DNA of 64,000 nt, from assembly GCA_036266795.1 (NCBI GenBank), contig DATAXJ010000025.1:101632-165631 (forward strand), in the 5' to 3' direction. This stretch comes from Steroidobacteraceae bacterium (GTDB taxonomy: Bacteria > Pseudomonadota > Gammaproteobacteria > Steroidobacterales > Steroidobacteraceae). A program made the translations under genes and the position numbers. Positions 63,291 to 64,000 of this stretch are shown here, piece after piece. How positions within the stretch are numbered: the first letter of the stretch is position 1; every line of letters begins with the position of its first letter. Under the pieces are notes generated by a model. It made no database searches. It saw nothing but the letters and a program-made list of their open reading frames with translations, and was not told the DNA's origin.

Positions 63291-64000
63291 TCAATCGAAG
63301 TTGTTCTTCTTGCCTTTGCGCACGTAGTCGACGGTAGAGCGGATGTGGTTGCGTCCATGCACCGCATGCTTTTTGGCCACGTGCGCAAACATCTGGATGC
63401 CAAAGCCGCCGTCCAGATCGTTGGTGAGGCGCTGGCGCCAGGGACGACGCACGATCTGCGTCGTGAGTCGCCGCGTGGTGCGCGGCTGCGTCATGATGTG
63501 ATCGGCGATCTGGTAGGCGCGCTCGATCAGCCGCTCGCGCGGCAGCACCTCGTTGACCATGCCGTACTCGAGCGCCTTGCGTGCGTCGATCGCCTCGCCC
63601 GTCAGCAGCGCATAGGCTGCCCGCTTCACGCCCAACAGCTCCTGAAAGCAGCAGTGGATGCCGTCACCGGGCACCGAGCCGATATCGTAGTGCAGATCGA
63701 AGATCACTGCGTCCTCGGCGCACAGCGAGATGTCACACATCAAACAGATCTCGCTGTGGAACCCCGGTCCATTGAGCAGCCCGATGGTCGGTATTTCCAG
63801 ATCGTTGACCAGCGCGCTGACGTTGATGCGGCCGTCCTTGTAGGCATATTCATAAGCCCAATAATCGCCGTCCTGCTCCTCGAGCGCGAAGCCCTGCGGA
63901 TCGGCGTCCATCATGAATTCCTCACCCGAGCCGGTCAGGATGAGCAGCTCGTTTTCGGGATCGGCGCCGATGGCCTTGAGCATCTGGCCGAGGGAGCGAT
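63291..64000 (-). CDS. Enoyl-CoA hydratase/isomerase (crotonase) family protein, C-terminal part; gene continues beyond the window end
   Basis: ...LILTGSGEEF..., ...IGLLNGPG.HSEI.LMCDI.LCAEDAVIFD.H...G..PGDG.... The frame is open to 64000. Confidence 0.7.
   Translation of the reverse strand, partial: RSLGQMLKAIGADPENELLILTGSGEEFMMDADPQGFALEEQDGDYWAYEYAYKDGRINVSALVNDLEIPTIGLLNGPGFHSEICLMCDISLCAEDAVIFDLHYDIGSVPGDGIHCCFQELLGVKRAAYALLTGEAIDARKALEYGMVNEVLPRERLIERAYQIADHIMTQPRTTRRLTTQIVRRPWRQRLTNDLDGGFGIQMFAHVAKKHAVHGRNHIRSTVDYVRKGKKNNFD

Overview
High-GC chromosomal segment of a Gram-negative proteobacterium (gene content looks Xanthomonadales- or Burkholderiales-like; taxonomy not proven). Most of the window is ordinary, recognisable housekeeping and accessory metabolism. 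It includes a roughly 9.5 kb minus-strand run of putrescine uptake and gamma-glutamyl catabolism genes (puuD-puuA-potFGHI) followed by ppgK, an aminotransferase and a C-S lyase. It also holds puuB, puuC, rlmKL, gmd-fcl, an OMF-MFP-RND efflux operon with its own two-component system, ald with an Lrp-type regulator, opgD, aguA, a patatin/Omp85 (type Vd, PlpD-like) protein, porins, and a fluoride module (eno, candidate fluoride riboswitch, crcB, DUF190). The region that stands out is 10.9-18.8 kb. The 3' end of msrA occurs three times as direct repeats around a 46-bp perfectly identical core, and the sequence polarity of the copies fits two successive Campbell-type integrations. Short 11-bp-spaced iterons flank the copies. 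No integrase, transposase or tRNA is visible. The first insertion (about 6 kb) carries an orphan two-gene cluster: a DUF3326-like protein translationally coupled (GTGA overlap) to a single-module C-A-T-TE non-ribosomal peptide synthetase. The second (about 1.7 kb) carries a toxin-first PIN/RHH toxin-antitoxin pair and small secreted ORFs. I regard the DUF3326-NRPS pair in this msrA-targeted island array as the best candidate for an undescribed system. Other notable points are a gene-decay tract at 4-8 kb, tandem palindromic operators at a marR/GNAT divergent promoter, and a CadC-like membrane regulator with direct repeats upstream. All calls come from reading the supplied translations and the DNA by eye. 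No database search was run.
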